From: Thraustochytrium aureum
Taxonomy: Eukaryota
NCBI GenBank assembly: GCA_012862495.1
Contig: BLSG01000095.1
Location: 27,086 to 84,780, forward strand
Reading direction: 5' to 3'
DNA length: 57,695 bases
Below the pieces are notes generated by a model, which was not told where the DNA came from, made no database searches, and saw only the letters and a list, made by a program, of their open reading frames with translations. Shown here one piece after another: positions 48,001 through 57,695 of the stretch. A program made the translations under genes and the position numbers. Position 1 is the stretch's first letter, and each line of letters opens with the position of its first letter.

Positions 48001-49340
48001 CGCGAAGCGCTCTGCCAAGCAACGGCCTCATTCGGTCAAGTTTTGGACCAGTTGCGAATCCCGGCCCCGGAGGGCGACGCAGCGCTTGGCATGTCAGGAG
48101 CGGATCCAGCCGATCTGGACGCGGCGGAAGGGCCGAGTGCAATTGCAATGCCCGATCTTGAAAGCGGGAGCTCAGAGACCTGCGAAAGCCAAGCGCAAAG
48201 ACCGCGCTCTATCCGAGCCATTCAACTCGTACGCGACTACCTCGAGGCCCTCGAGCTGCCCCAGGGAGTGGGCAACAAGATCGACCTTGAGCTGGCGGCG
48301 CAATCCGCTGGCCGACTGGACCAAGTCGTTGCGAGACACGGCGCTTGCGCCCTGCAAGCAGCGATTCAGGTGGTCGAAGCGCAAGCCAAAGCCGTCGAGC
48401 AGGCGGCCGGCGTGGCATCGACGGGGGCCGAGCTGATTCTCGGAGCGCGGCCGCCTCGCGACGTGCCGAGCCCGGAGGCTGTTCGTGCGGAGCTGATCGG
48501 CTCGTGGTGTTCCCAGCTCGAAGGCTTTGCCGCAGCTTTCGGGGAGCGTCCTTGGATGACTTTGACCGTGTGGCTTTCGAGCTTGGCGGGGCGCTCTGGG
48601 ACTCGGCGTTGAACTACAACAAGGTTTCTCGCAGCGTGCTGGATGAGTGGGAGAGCGAAAACCTGAGCTGCGCCGCGACGCGCGCCGTCACTGAGGCGTA
48701 TTGCCAGCTCGTTCGAACCGAGCAGGAGCGCTATCTGGAGTTGCGCGAGGTTTTCAAAGTCTACTTTGGGGGCGTCGAAACGTCAATCCACCAAGACCGC
48801 CAAGTCCATCAAGCGGCGGAAGGTGCCAGCCTCAGCGCGGCTACCGAGACGAGCACGCCGTTTCGACCGCCTACGCGCCAGCTCTATGGCGGCCGGGCCT
48901 TGGACGAGTCAGCTGCTGGTGTCATGCTGCGCGGGTCGCGCGAGCTCCTCGCGGTTGTCAAGGGCGCCCTTCGATGCGTGGCAATGCGCGAAGACCGGGG
49001 CGAGGCAACGAGCAGCGGCGATGAGCCTGGCTTGTTCTTGTGCTGGCTCAACCACTTTTTCCGCGCTGTCGTCCTCGCAATTGCGGAGGAGGCCGCCAAA
49101 TCTCTGGAAGGGGTCCGCGTTCGCTTTCAAATGGCCTTTGCCACGCTTCGCGAGTGCACTCGGCGAAAGCTCGCTGAGGACGATGTGGCGGTGCGGCGCT
49201 TCACAGAGCAACTAACGCGCAAGCTGCGGGAGGTTGGGCCAGATGCTCTGCAGGCTTTGACCGTCGCCGCTATGTGGGAGAGCGCCGACAGCGTAGGCCC
49301 CGCGATCGCCAAGTTTGAGCGAGACGTGGCCTGGGAGTAG
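45095..49340 (+). CDS. SPEF2/KPL2/CPC1-like flagellar central-pair protein (divergent); N-gap at 45483-45791 and frameshift at ~48538
   Basis: N-terminal CH-like domain MSEFLRRWVN...ASGKLVAEIL...NFDRLERGF...EEPGAAAHLVFQM parallels SPEF2 MSEILCQWLN...SSGYLLGEVL...NFSRLEPTL...EKPGVATKLLYQL. It is followed by a coiled coil (REQRRRKI) and a degenerate adenylate-kinase-like segment. Confidence 0.7.
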
Positions 49341-49493
49341 ACCCGAGGTTTTTAAAACCCAATTGCGGTGCGCTGGGTAATCGGAGTGCGAGAAGGCGTT
49401 TGATTGAAACAAATACTAGAATACTGGTCAGTTCTTGCTTTTTCATAACGCTCGACGAGTGTCGTAAGACCGCTTTGAGCCGCGCGGCGTGCC

Positions 49494-52400
49494 CTAGCCG
49501 CCAGCCTTGCGCTTCCAAGCGTCGCGATCCTCCTTGAGCTGCTTGATGTCGATCTGCGCTTTGGCTAGCGCCTTCTTCATGTACGCCTTGTAGTTGGAGA
49601 GCTCTTCCTCCGCAACAGTGCAGCGCGTGAGGAGGTCGCCGTACGACTTGCCACCCGTCGTCTCGGGCTCTTGAATCGCGCTCGAGCGGCGACCGTCTCG
49701 GCTGCGGCCAGACAACGGCGACGCTGCGCCAGCAGAAGATCGACGTCGCGCATAGAGCTCGCGGAGCTTGGAATTCTCCTCGCGCAAGCGACGGATCTCC
49801 TCCTCGTCTTCTCGGCGGCCGGAGGGAAACGGGTTTTTCGCATGCTGCTTGTCCAGCTGCCGCTGACAAGACTGGAGCTGCGCCTCCAGATCACGGTTGC
49901 GCCTTTCGAGCTCCCCGACTCGCGCGGAGTCTGCAGGCGAAGCATGGGAGCCCAAACCAGGCTGAGCGCTTGCCGACTTGGTCTGAAGCTCGTCGATCTT
50001 GGCAAGAAGCGAAGCCTGCACCTCCTCCAGGCGCTTGCTCGTCGCTGCGTCGACGGCCCCAGCACCCGCCGACCCGCGCTGGCTCAACGCATGATTCTCT
50101 TCCTCGAGATTGGCTTTCTGGCGCTCGAGCATCTTCACTTCACCCTGGAGGTCAGTGAGCCGGATCTCGTTTTCGCGGTTGATGCGCTTGACCGAGGCGG
50201 CCAGGCGGATGTTTTTCTCTTGGGCCTCTTGAAGGTCCGAGGAGGCCTTGCCGAGTCGCTCCTTGAGCGAGGCAAGCTCGCTTCGAAGTTGTTCCTCGAC
50301 CTGCGAGCTCTCCACGGCGAGCGCGGCGTCGTCGCTGTCGCCGAGGCGGCGCATCCGGCCGGTCGGGCTCCCGAGCACCTCGAGCGTGTCCGTGTCCACG
50401 CCCATGTCCTCGAGCCGGTTCTTGCAGGCCACGTACCTGCTGAAGAGGGTCCGGTTCTTCTCAACGATCTTGGCGTTNNNNNNNNNNNNNNNNNNNNNNN
50501 NNNNNNNNNNNNNNNNNNNNNNNNNNNNNNNNNNNNNNNNNNNNNNNNNNNNNNNNNNNNNNNNNNNNNNNNNNNNNNNNNNNNNNNNNNNNNNNNNNNN
50601 NNNNNNNNNNNNNNNNNNNNNNNNNNNNNNNNNNNNNNNNNNNNNNNNNNNNNNNNAGACCAGCTCTTTCTGCAGAGCGTCGCGCTCTTGCTCGGCCGCA
50701 TCGAGCGGGTCCACGCCCGCCTCGTCTCCGGAGCTGAGGAGCTCGACCAGCTTGGTGCGATAGCCGTCCGTGAGGCTCGATATCCTTTCGTTGAGCGAGG
50801 CGTTCTCCTGGCGCAGCTGGGTGAGCTCCTCGCTCTTTTCTGCGAGCTGGCTCTCCATCTCGCGGATGCGGCGCGTGGCGAGCTTGAAGGACACGCCGAG
50901 GTCCTTGAGCTCGGTCTGCAGGGCCTCGCGCTGTGCGTCGTTGCGCTTGACCTCGCTCTCGAGCTTGACCCGCAGCTGCGCTGCTTCGGAATCCCGCTCT
51001 CGGTTCAAATCCGCCGAGTTCTTTTCGAGGTCGAGCTTCTGGGTCTCGTATTCGACTTGCTTGCGCTGCAGCTCGAGCTGCACGCGCATTTTCTCCGAGC
51101 GCAGCTCGTCAGTGAGCTTGCGCTCGGCGGCAAGCGCTTCCTCCAGCTCGGAGCGGTCCGTTAGGAGCTGGACGTGCTTTGAGTCGAGCGACTTTGACTC
51201 GTCCAGGAGGCGGACGCGCTCCTTGCGCAGCTCTTCGGCTTCCCTGAGCAGGGCGTCCTTTTGGTTGACCAATGTAAGCAGCTCCACGCCCAGGTCTTCG
51301 TTTTTGGCGAGCTCCTGTTTGAATTGTGCTTCGATGCGCAAGTAGTTTTCTTTGAGCTGCAGCAGGTCGCCCTTGTGCTCGTCTGCGGCGCTCCGGGCCT
51401 GGTCTAGCTCTGCTTTGAGCTCGGCGGTTTGCTTCTCGCGCGACTCCTCCTTCATCTCGTACTGGAGCACTTCGTTCTCGGCGGACAAGAGCTTGGTGAC
51501 CAGCTCGTACTTGTCGGCCTCGGCCTGCTCGACGAGTCGGTTGTTCTCGATTCTCAAGTCCAGGAGGGCCTTGGAGATCTTGAGCTTGTCCTCCTCGCCC
51601 TTTATTGAGGCTGACTGTAGATGGGACTTTTGCTCAACGAGGTCGTTGTACTTTTCACGAAACTCGACCAGCTTGGTGTAGATCTTCTCCTTCTCCTCTT
51701 TCATGCGCAGCTTGTCGAGGTTGTCTTTGACGATGCGCCCCTCTAGCTCGTTAATTTTCAGTGTAAGCTCCTGAATGTCCTCCGCGGCGCCTTCGGAGAG
51801 GCCGCGCGCGCCGGCGGCGCTAGCGGCAACGCTCAGCTCGCCTCGCAGGCGGTTGATCTGCGTGCGGTAGTGTCGCAAGAGGCCTTGAACGCGTTCGTCG
51901 TTGATCGTCGGAAAGGTCGAGCCTCTGCGCAGGAGCTGGCACAGCTCGGAGGTGGCTGCGCTAAAGTCGGGCTCGCCTTGCCGAAGCATGCCGATGCACA
52001 GCGTGATCGAGTTGCCGACCAGCGCATCCTCCAGCAATAGAGTCAGCTTGGACTCTGCAAGAACAGCGAATTCCCGCTCCCCGCGGGAAAAGGCGTCGCC
52101 CACGGATTGGAGCGTCAGCACGGACTTGCTCAAGGACGGTCCTTCCCGCGCGCGGACCGTGGTCCTGTCCTCGGCGAGATTTTCTGTGCCAGCAACCTCT
52201 GCGATCGTGATGCGTGAGCTGAGCCGCGAGCTTGGCCCACCGCTTGCGCTCTTGGTGTGCTGCGAGACATCGATTTGCCAAATGGTGCTCGTGTGCCGCG
52301 TTGCGGGCCCAAAGTCCGACATGGCCGACGTCCTTGAGCTGAACGTGTCTGCGAGGGCCTCTAAGACGTCGTCGACGGCTTTGTACGGGCCGCGGACGCT

Positions 52401-52942
52401 GCACTGTGCGACGGAATACCCCTCGGTCTCGCTATACACGATCCGCAGGTCGCGGTTTTCCGCATTGAAGAGGTCCTGGACGATCTCGTCGAATATCTCA
52501 AAGGCGCGGATGCGGACGTGGAAGGAGCTCCCCGGCTGGTTTCGTTTCCCTTGCTGGCTTTGCTGAGGACCTGAAACAGGTCTTGGAGGATCAGAGGGAT
52601 GAGCTTCTCGACTAGCGCTGTCTTCTCGCTTGTGTTGGAACCTAGCGCAAATACTGACACGGATACGCCTTCGCTGAGTGCCTTGACGAGCGGCCGGATG
52701 GACCGCTCCATGACGTCCGTGTAGCTCGCTTCTGGCCCGTACACAAAGTCAAAGTCAAACTCGCCTGCATCCGCAATCGACACCTTGTTGGACGAAAACC
52801 GCACGTCATTCGCTGCGCCAGCGCTCCGCTTCTTCCCCACCGCGTCGCTCACCTTGGCCACCACCGACAGCGGGACGCCCTGGGGTCCGCTGGAGCTCCC
52901 GCTCGCCTTGCCGTCCCCAGGATGCACTTTGCCCTTGCCCAT
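49494..52942 (-). CDS. Degenerate kinesin motor domain fused to a CCDC78 (DUF4472)-like coiled coil; frameshift at ~52545 and N-gap at 50478-50656
   Basis: Kinesin scaffold FDFDFVYGPEAS, FEIFDEIVQDLF, ESKLTLLLEDALVGNSIT. The coil EEDKLKISKALLDLRIENNRLVEQAEADKYELVTKLLSAENEVL resembles CCDC78 EQQLQISKELVDIQI...EAEIFQLKSEILRLESRVL. Confidence 0.75.
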
Positions 52943-53005
52943 CGCCCCCGCAGCCTCTGGCGGCCGCCAGCCCGCCGCCAACCGCGATCAACCCAGGCCC
53001 CCCTC

Positions 53006-53006
<1 letters not shown>

Positions 53007-53037
<31 letters not shown>
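53007..53037. repeat. (CGCA)7 microsatellite
   Basis: Read directly, 65-95 nt upstream of the minus-strand ATG at 52942. Confidence 0.95.
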
Positions 53038-53611
53038 TCGCGCGCCCGCTCGCGCGCCCGTTCGGACTCTGTTCTGCTCAACGGCTACCTGCGCAGGTCG
53101 GTCGGTCGAGGCATAGCTCTCTGTTCGTTTGCGGGCGATCCCACTTCGGGAACGTCGCGGCGGTGCGCGTGGGNNNNNNNNNNNNNNNNNNNNNNNNNNN
53201 NNNNNNNNNNNNNNNNNNNNNNNNNNNNNNNNNNNNNNNNNNNNNNNNNNNNNNNNNNNNNNNNNNNNNNNNNNNNNNNNNNNNNNNNNNNNNNNNNNNN
53301 NNNNNNNNNNNNNNNNNNNNNNNNNNNNNNNNNNNNNNNNNNNNNNNNNNNNNNNNNNNNNNNNNNNNNNNNNNNNNNNNNNNNNNNNNNNNNNNNNNNN
53401 NNNNNNNNNNNNNNNNNNNNNNNNNNNNNNNNNNNNNNNNNNNNNNNNNNNNNNNNNNNNNNNNNNNNNNNNNNNNNNNNNNNNNNNNNNNNNNNNNNNN
53501 NNNNNNNNNNNNNNNNNNNNNNNNNNNNNNNNNNNNNNNNNNNNNNNTTCAGCAGGGCAGATGTGATTGGGCCGCGCAGGAAGCCTCGCCCACCACGACA
53601 GGCTCGCAGGC

Positions 53612-53649
53612 TAGGGTACTCGAGTACCCAACCTGGTAGGGTACTCGAG
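53612..53649. repeat. Perfect 16-bp palindrome GGGTACTCGAGTACCC (53614-53629) with a 13-bp direct repeat TAGGGTACTCGAG (53612, 53637)
   Basis: Read directly; lies in a divergent intergenic region. Any regulatory role is unproven. Confidence 0.85.
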
Positions 53650-53917
53650 CAGAAAGCACTTACAAACACCTTGATTGAGAAGCAGAAATCAGCCGTGCGC
53701 GCCTCGAGCTGTTCGTTTGTTCTTGTTGAGAACTACTCTTTCGTTCTCGTTCTCAGGTGGGGAACGCATTGCGGCAAGAAAGAGCGGACAAGTAGATAGG
53801 ACGCGGACGCGGGCGGGCGCGCAGCAGAGCCCTATCGAGGGACGGAAAGGGCGACTCTAGGGGCCCGGGAGGCCCGCCGAATCTGTTGCAAACGGCCGTG
53901 GGGCTGGTCTCGCTGCG

Positions 53918-55435
53918 ATGGGGGTCGTCGAGGAGAAATATGCGGTGCCAGCGCGCAGGCGGTGCCCGTCGTGCTGCACGACGACTGCGGCGGCGGCGCT
54001 GGTTGGGGCCGTTGCCGTCGGGTTGGTTGTGCGGTTTGCGGAGGAGCATGCGCAAGTGCCCGGCGGGTGGACGTGCGTCACGGTCGCCTTTGTTCTGCCA
54101 CTTTTGGGGCCGTTCATCGTGGCGAAGGAGGTCTTGGTGAATCGGGCCCTGGAAAGTGCGTTTGCGACGCGGGCAGTGAGGTGGCTGGTTCCCACAGCAG
54201 ATTTTGCTAAACAGGAACTCCCTGCACCAGACTACGCGGACGAGGACGCCGCATGGTCGGCGCTGCCTTGGCGGAGTGACACGGCCGACCACGTCCCGCC
54301 CGAGTGCGAGCTGTGCGGCCAAGACCGACAGCACTTGATGGACGAGGTGGCCGACGTCTTTTACCTCGCGCCCACGACCTTTTACAACTCTTGCTGCTGG
54401 AACGCGCCATACGATGACCCCTACGCGGCATACTTGCAGGACGAGGCAATCATTCCCCAGCAGGCCCTCGTCTTCAACTCGGCTGGACGCGTTTTTGCGC
54501 CTCGATACAGGCAGATGAGCGGGTTTGCCTACTTTGCCGAGGACGAGTCTGCTCGAGAGCAAGCAATCGATCTCGCCTACAGTGACGTGCGCCGCGCGTT
54601 TGAGCACTTTCTGGAGCACTGGAACGGGGAGCGGCCCATCATCATCGCAGCGCACTCGCAAGGCGCCGAGCACGGCGCACGCCTGCTCAACGACTTTTTC
54701 AGCGACAAAGCGCCAGGAGCTCACGCGCTCCGCCAGCGGCTCGTCGCAGCCTATTTGGTTGGGATGCCGGTGTACGAGAAACAACTGCAGCAGTGGGGAA
54801 TCCAGCCTTGCGGGACTGCAACGCAGCTGGCCTGCGTGGTCGCGTTCCAGTCGTTTCTCGACGGCGCGGAACCCGAGCACTTTGCATTTGAGCCTGCTTC
54901 CCCGTCGCTTCGCCAGGCCGAGGGCGCCCGGGATCGGGTCTGCGTCAACCCGTTGAGCTGGGCGAGCGGGGATTCGGGATTTGTCCCTAAGGAGGAGAAC
55001 GCTGGGTCAATGGTAAGTGGAGCCAGCGTGGCAGCGCCGGTCGGTTTGCCTACTCGCGTGGGATTTCACTGACGCATATCTGCGCCTGGCACAGCACGTG
55101 ATCCAGTGGCACCAGAACTGGAACTTTTGTTTGGCGAGCGTATTGGTGCGACTCGCCGAGAGCGGCAAGTCCACCGGATCAAGAGTGGCGTCCTGCCCCT
55201 TCGCGCAAACCTTGTGGGCGCGCAATGTCGCAACGGCTCCTTGTTTGTAGACCACCCGCCCTTTAGTGACCAAGACAGCAACCCGCTGCACCGGGTGTTT
55301 CCTGTGTGGCGCACAGCGAGCTTTCCTGGCGGCAACCTGCACCCCATGGACTACAACCTGTTCTGGGCCAACTTGCGAGCGAATGCCAACGCGCGCGTTC
55401 AAGCATGGTTTGCTTCCCGTGCCTCGGCCCTGTAG
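53918..55435 (+). CDS. DUF3089-family alpha/beta hydrolase with N-terminal TM segments; exons 53918-55012 and 55095-55435, frameshift at ~55125
   Basis: ADVFYLAPTT, RVFAPRYRQ, LAYSDVRRAFEHFL, nucleophile elbow AHSQG, RLVAAYLVG, CVNPLSW and LHPMDYNLFWANLRANANARV. Intron GTAAGT...ACTGAC...ACAG at 55013-55094. Confidence 0.85.
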
Positions 55436-55828
55436 CTTTTGCCGATTCTCAATCTTGATCAAGAAAACAACAAACTGATGAAACACAAGGAACAGACAAC
55501 GAACGGCCNNNNNNNNNNNNNNNNNNNNNNNNNNNNNNNNNNNNNNNNNNNNNNNNNNNNNNNNNNNNNNNNNNNNNNNNNNNNNNNNNNNNNNNNNNNN
55601 NNNNNNNNNNNNNNNNNNNNNNNNNNNNNNNNNNNNNNNNNNNNNNNNNNNNNNNNNNNNNNNNNNNNNNNNNNNNNNNNNNNNNNNNNNNNNNNNNNNN
55701 NNNNNNNNNNNNNNNNNNNNNNNNNNNNNNNNNNNNNNNNNNNNNNNNNNNNNNNNNNNNNNNNNNNNNNNNNNNNNNNNNNNNNNNNNNNNNNCAGCAG
55801 GAAAAGCAGACTTGGGGAGCACTTCCAA

Positions 55829-57553
55829 TCAGCTTTGGTGCCTGCGGATGCGGCTCGGAATGGTTGCCAAAACGCGCTCGTACTCGCTACTCGAGCGGAA
55901 GCTCTTGTAAAGGCCGCCTGCCAGGCCGTCCAGAACCGTCTTGCGCGCTTCCTCGATGACAACTAGGCACGACTCGCGCGGAATGAACCGCAAGCTCTCG
56001 TCCGCCAGCTCGCGCCGCAGCTTGTCCATAGCGCGCAGGATGGACTCTACCGCCTCGCCCTCGCCAGCCCCTTCGCTGAGCGGGCTGGTTGGCACCGCGG
56101 CCTCCTGCAAGCCAGCTAGCCCGGCCCCGGTCGGCGCCGCCCCCAGGTTGCCCACAGGCTCGTACAGGGAAGCGAACCGCTCGCAGATTTGCAGCATCCA
56201 CTCTTTTCGCGAGAGCGCCGCCGCGGTCCCGCGCAGCGTCTGGCCCGTCAGCGACGAACCCGAGGAAGACGTCACCGAGCCCGGCCCGACCTGCAAGTAC
56301 CGCAAGCTCGACCGCTGCGCGGCGCCCGCCCCGCCGCGGTGGCCGAGGAGGCCAGGGTCGGCGCCGTCGCTGGGGATGCTCGAGAAAGCATGGTGCGCGC
56401 GCTCCAAGTCGAGGTAAAAGGCGACGAGCTCTGCGTTGCGGTCGCGCTGCTCGCCAAGAAACGAGCGCTTGGCAAAGCGGAACAGCCGGTCCGCGCCCGC
56501 GTGCGTGGACAGCAGGCCCTCTAGCGAGCCCAGCGCCGTCTCCAGCACAGCCTCGTCGCGCGTGCAGAGCGAGCGCTGGCCGTCCTCTATCATGCGCTCC
56601 GCAAGGTGGACGTTTTCGTTTTCGCTGGCCAGATCGATGTTGCGGCGGATCGCGGCAATCCACTGCGCCGCCTCCTCGTCCGTTTTGGCCCGGAACTGGA
56701 GCACGTCGTGCGCCGTGTCGATCTCAAAGCAGTGCTTGAGGCCGCCGAGCTCGTGCGGGGGGATCGCACGAACGTGGTTTTGCGTCAGGCGCACGCTACG
56801 TGCGTCTGTTTGGTCGACGTTGGAGAGGCAGTGCACAAGCTCGTCGCGCTCCAAGATGCACCAGCGCCTCTGCCACTCGCGCGGGTTGGCCGCGCTTCGT
56901 TGGAACAGGAAACCGCTTTTGTCCCCACGACCGAGCGCGTTAATCGGCTGAAACTCAAGACGCTTCGCGAGGGCGCGCTCACTCGCGCCAGGCGACCTCG
57001 AGGAGCGCCCACCGCGCCTTTGCAAGTTGCTGGCGGCCGCAGAGGCGGCGTCGCGCCCCGCGCCCGCCGGCCGCCTCGTCGAGTAAGCGTTCGGCGCCGC
57101 TCGGCCTCCGCCGGAGAGGATTTCGTCGCCGTGCCTTTGAAAGTGCCGCTCGCCCTCTGCGTCAAGGAAGGCAAACGCGATAGACGCGTTCACTACAAAT
57201 CGGCCTGGGTTCGCGCCGCCCTGTTCGCCGAGGCCGCCCCGGAGCTGCGCCTTCGTGGCGACCTCTACCGCGGTCTCGCAGTCTGCGCGCACAGCCAGCG
57301 GCCTGTCGTCCGGGCCGAGCCTTTGCAGCTGGACTCGAACTTGTATCTTGGTCAGGTCTGGCCCGCTCAGGCCGTCGCCTTCCGCCTCGCGCCACACGAT
57401 CACGCGGTACAGAGCAAACGAGTCTACAGCTTCCCTAGGCGTCCCCCTTCTCCTCGCGATGGCCTGCACAACCTCGTGCGCCTTCACCTGCGAGTGCAGC
57501 GAGACGGACTGTTTCGTGCCGTCCGCGTTGAACACGTCGATCACGGACGCCAT
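55829..57553 (-). CDS. Signalling protein with a ubiquitin-like RA/FERM-N domain, a PH domain and an RGS-like domain
   Basis: IDVFNADGTKQSVSL...AHEVVQAIA...FALY (RA-like). KSGFLFQR...WQRRWCIL...CFEI...EEAAQWIAAI (PH). SLEGLLSTHAGADRLFRFAK...ELVAFYLDLE and EEARKTVLDGLAGGLYKSFRSSSEY (RGS helices). Confidence 0.8.
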   Translation of the reverse strand: MASVIDVFNADGTKQSVSLHSQVKAHEVVQAIARRRGTPREAVDSFALYRVIVWREAEGDGLSGPDLTKIQVRVQLQRLGPDDRPLAVRADCETAVEVATKAQLRGGLGEQGGANPGRFVVNASIAFAFLDAEGERHFQRHGDEILSGGGRAAPNAYSTRRPAGAGRDAASAAASNLQRRGGRSSRSPGASERALAKRLEFQPINALGRGDKSGFLFQRSAANPREWQRRWCILERDELVHCLSNVDQTDARSVRLTQNHVRAIPPHELGGLKHCFEIDTAHDVLQFRAKTDEEAAQWIAAIRRNIDLASENENVHLAERMIEDGQRSLCTRDEAVLETALGSLEGLLSTHAGADRLFRFAKRSFLGEQRDRNAELVAFYLDLERAHHAFSSIPSDGADPGLLGHRGGAGAAQRSSLRYLQVGPGSVTSSSGSSLTGQTLRGTAAALSRKEWMLQICERFASLYEPVGNLGAAPTGAGLAGLQEAAVPTSPLSEGAGEGEAVESILRAMDKLRRELADESLRFIPRESCLVVIEEARKTVLDGLAGGLYKSFRSSSEYERVLATIPSRIRRHQS

Positions 57554-57695
57554 CCCGCGCACGCAGACCGGACAGCGCTATCGGGACGCCTTTCGCAACA
57601 GCTCCACAGGAGCAGCCTCGCCAGGCCGCGAGCAACACGCCGATCGATCAACCGGCCAACCGATCGATCCCCGGCCGCGCCCGCAGCGGCTCTGG

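Noticed and set aside
2819..55128. About 15 single-base frameshifts (~2820, 8361, 8475, 11001, 20695, 21512, 21735, 22456, 22734, 33367, 38511, 41197, 43290, 48538, 52545, 55125), read as programmed frameshifting, RNA editing or mass pseudogenisation
   Set aside because: Most fall in homopolymer runs of any base, in both directions, with no shared slippery or stop motif. They hit conserved genes (APC7, GPAT, kinesin) that have no nonsense decay, and the duplicated gap flank at ~1400 shows the same error type. Sequencing error is the simplest explanation; read mapping would confirm.
1..57695. tRNA, rRNA, selenoprotein (in-frame TGA) or alternative genetic code signals
   Set aside because: No cloverleaf or rRNA-like sequence noticed by eye; conserved genes translate with the standard code and contain no in-frame stops at conserved positions.

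Overview
Gene-dense, GC-rich eukaryotic nuclear DNA from a draft assembly with 17 N-gaps. There are few short GT-AG introns and no operons, rRNA, tRNA or CRISPR arrays. Gene content and style suggest a flagellated-zoospore stramenopile such as a thraustochytrid/labyrinthulomycete (inference). About 23 genes can be read: GDP-sugar transporter (3' part), acyl-CoA dehydrogenase, a giant p25alpha-like/TPR protein, APC7, an ERICH3/FSIP2-motif protein, ATG9, a small secreted Cys-rich protein, a DZIP1/Iguana-like protein, a WRKY19-type C3H/HGGG finger protein, a gustatory-receptor-like 7TM protein, an ARK-like kinesin, a proline racemase family enzyme, a GT4 glycosyltransferase, an Sct1/Gpt2-type GPAT, a discoidin-domain protein, a sugar porter, a SPEF2-like protein, a pseudokinesin-CCDC78 fusion, a DUF3089 hydrolase, an RA-PH-RGS protein and hypotheticals. 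Many genes carry single-base frameshifts, mostly at homopolymers, best explained as sequencing errors. The most notable candidates are the insect GR/OR-like 7TM channel, the catalytically degenerate kinesin fused to CCDC78, the RA-PH-split-RGS protein and the concentration of cilium/basal-body genes. All family calls are from motif recognition by eye; no database searches were run.
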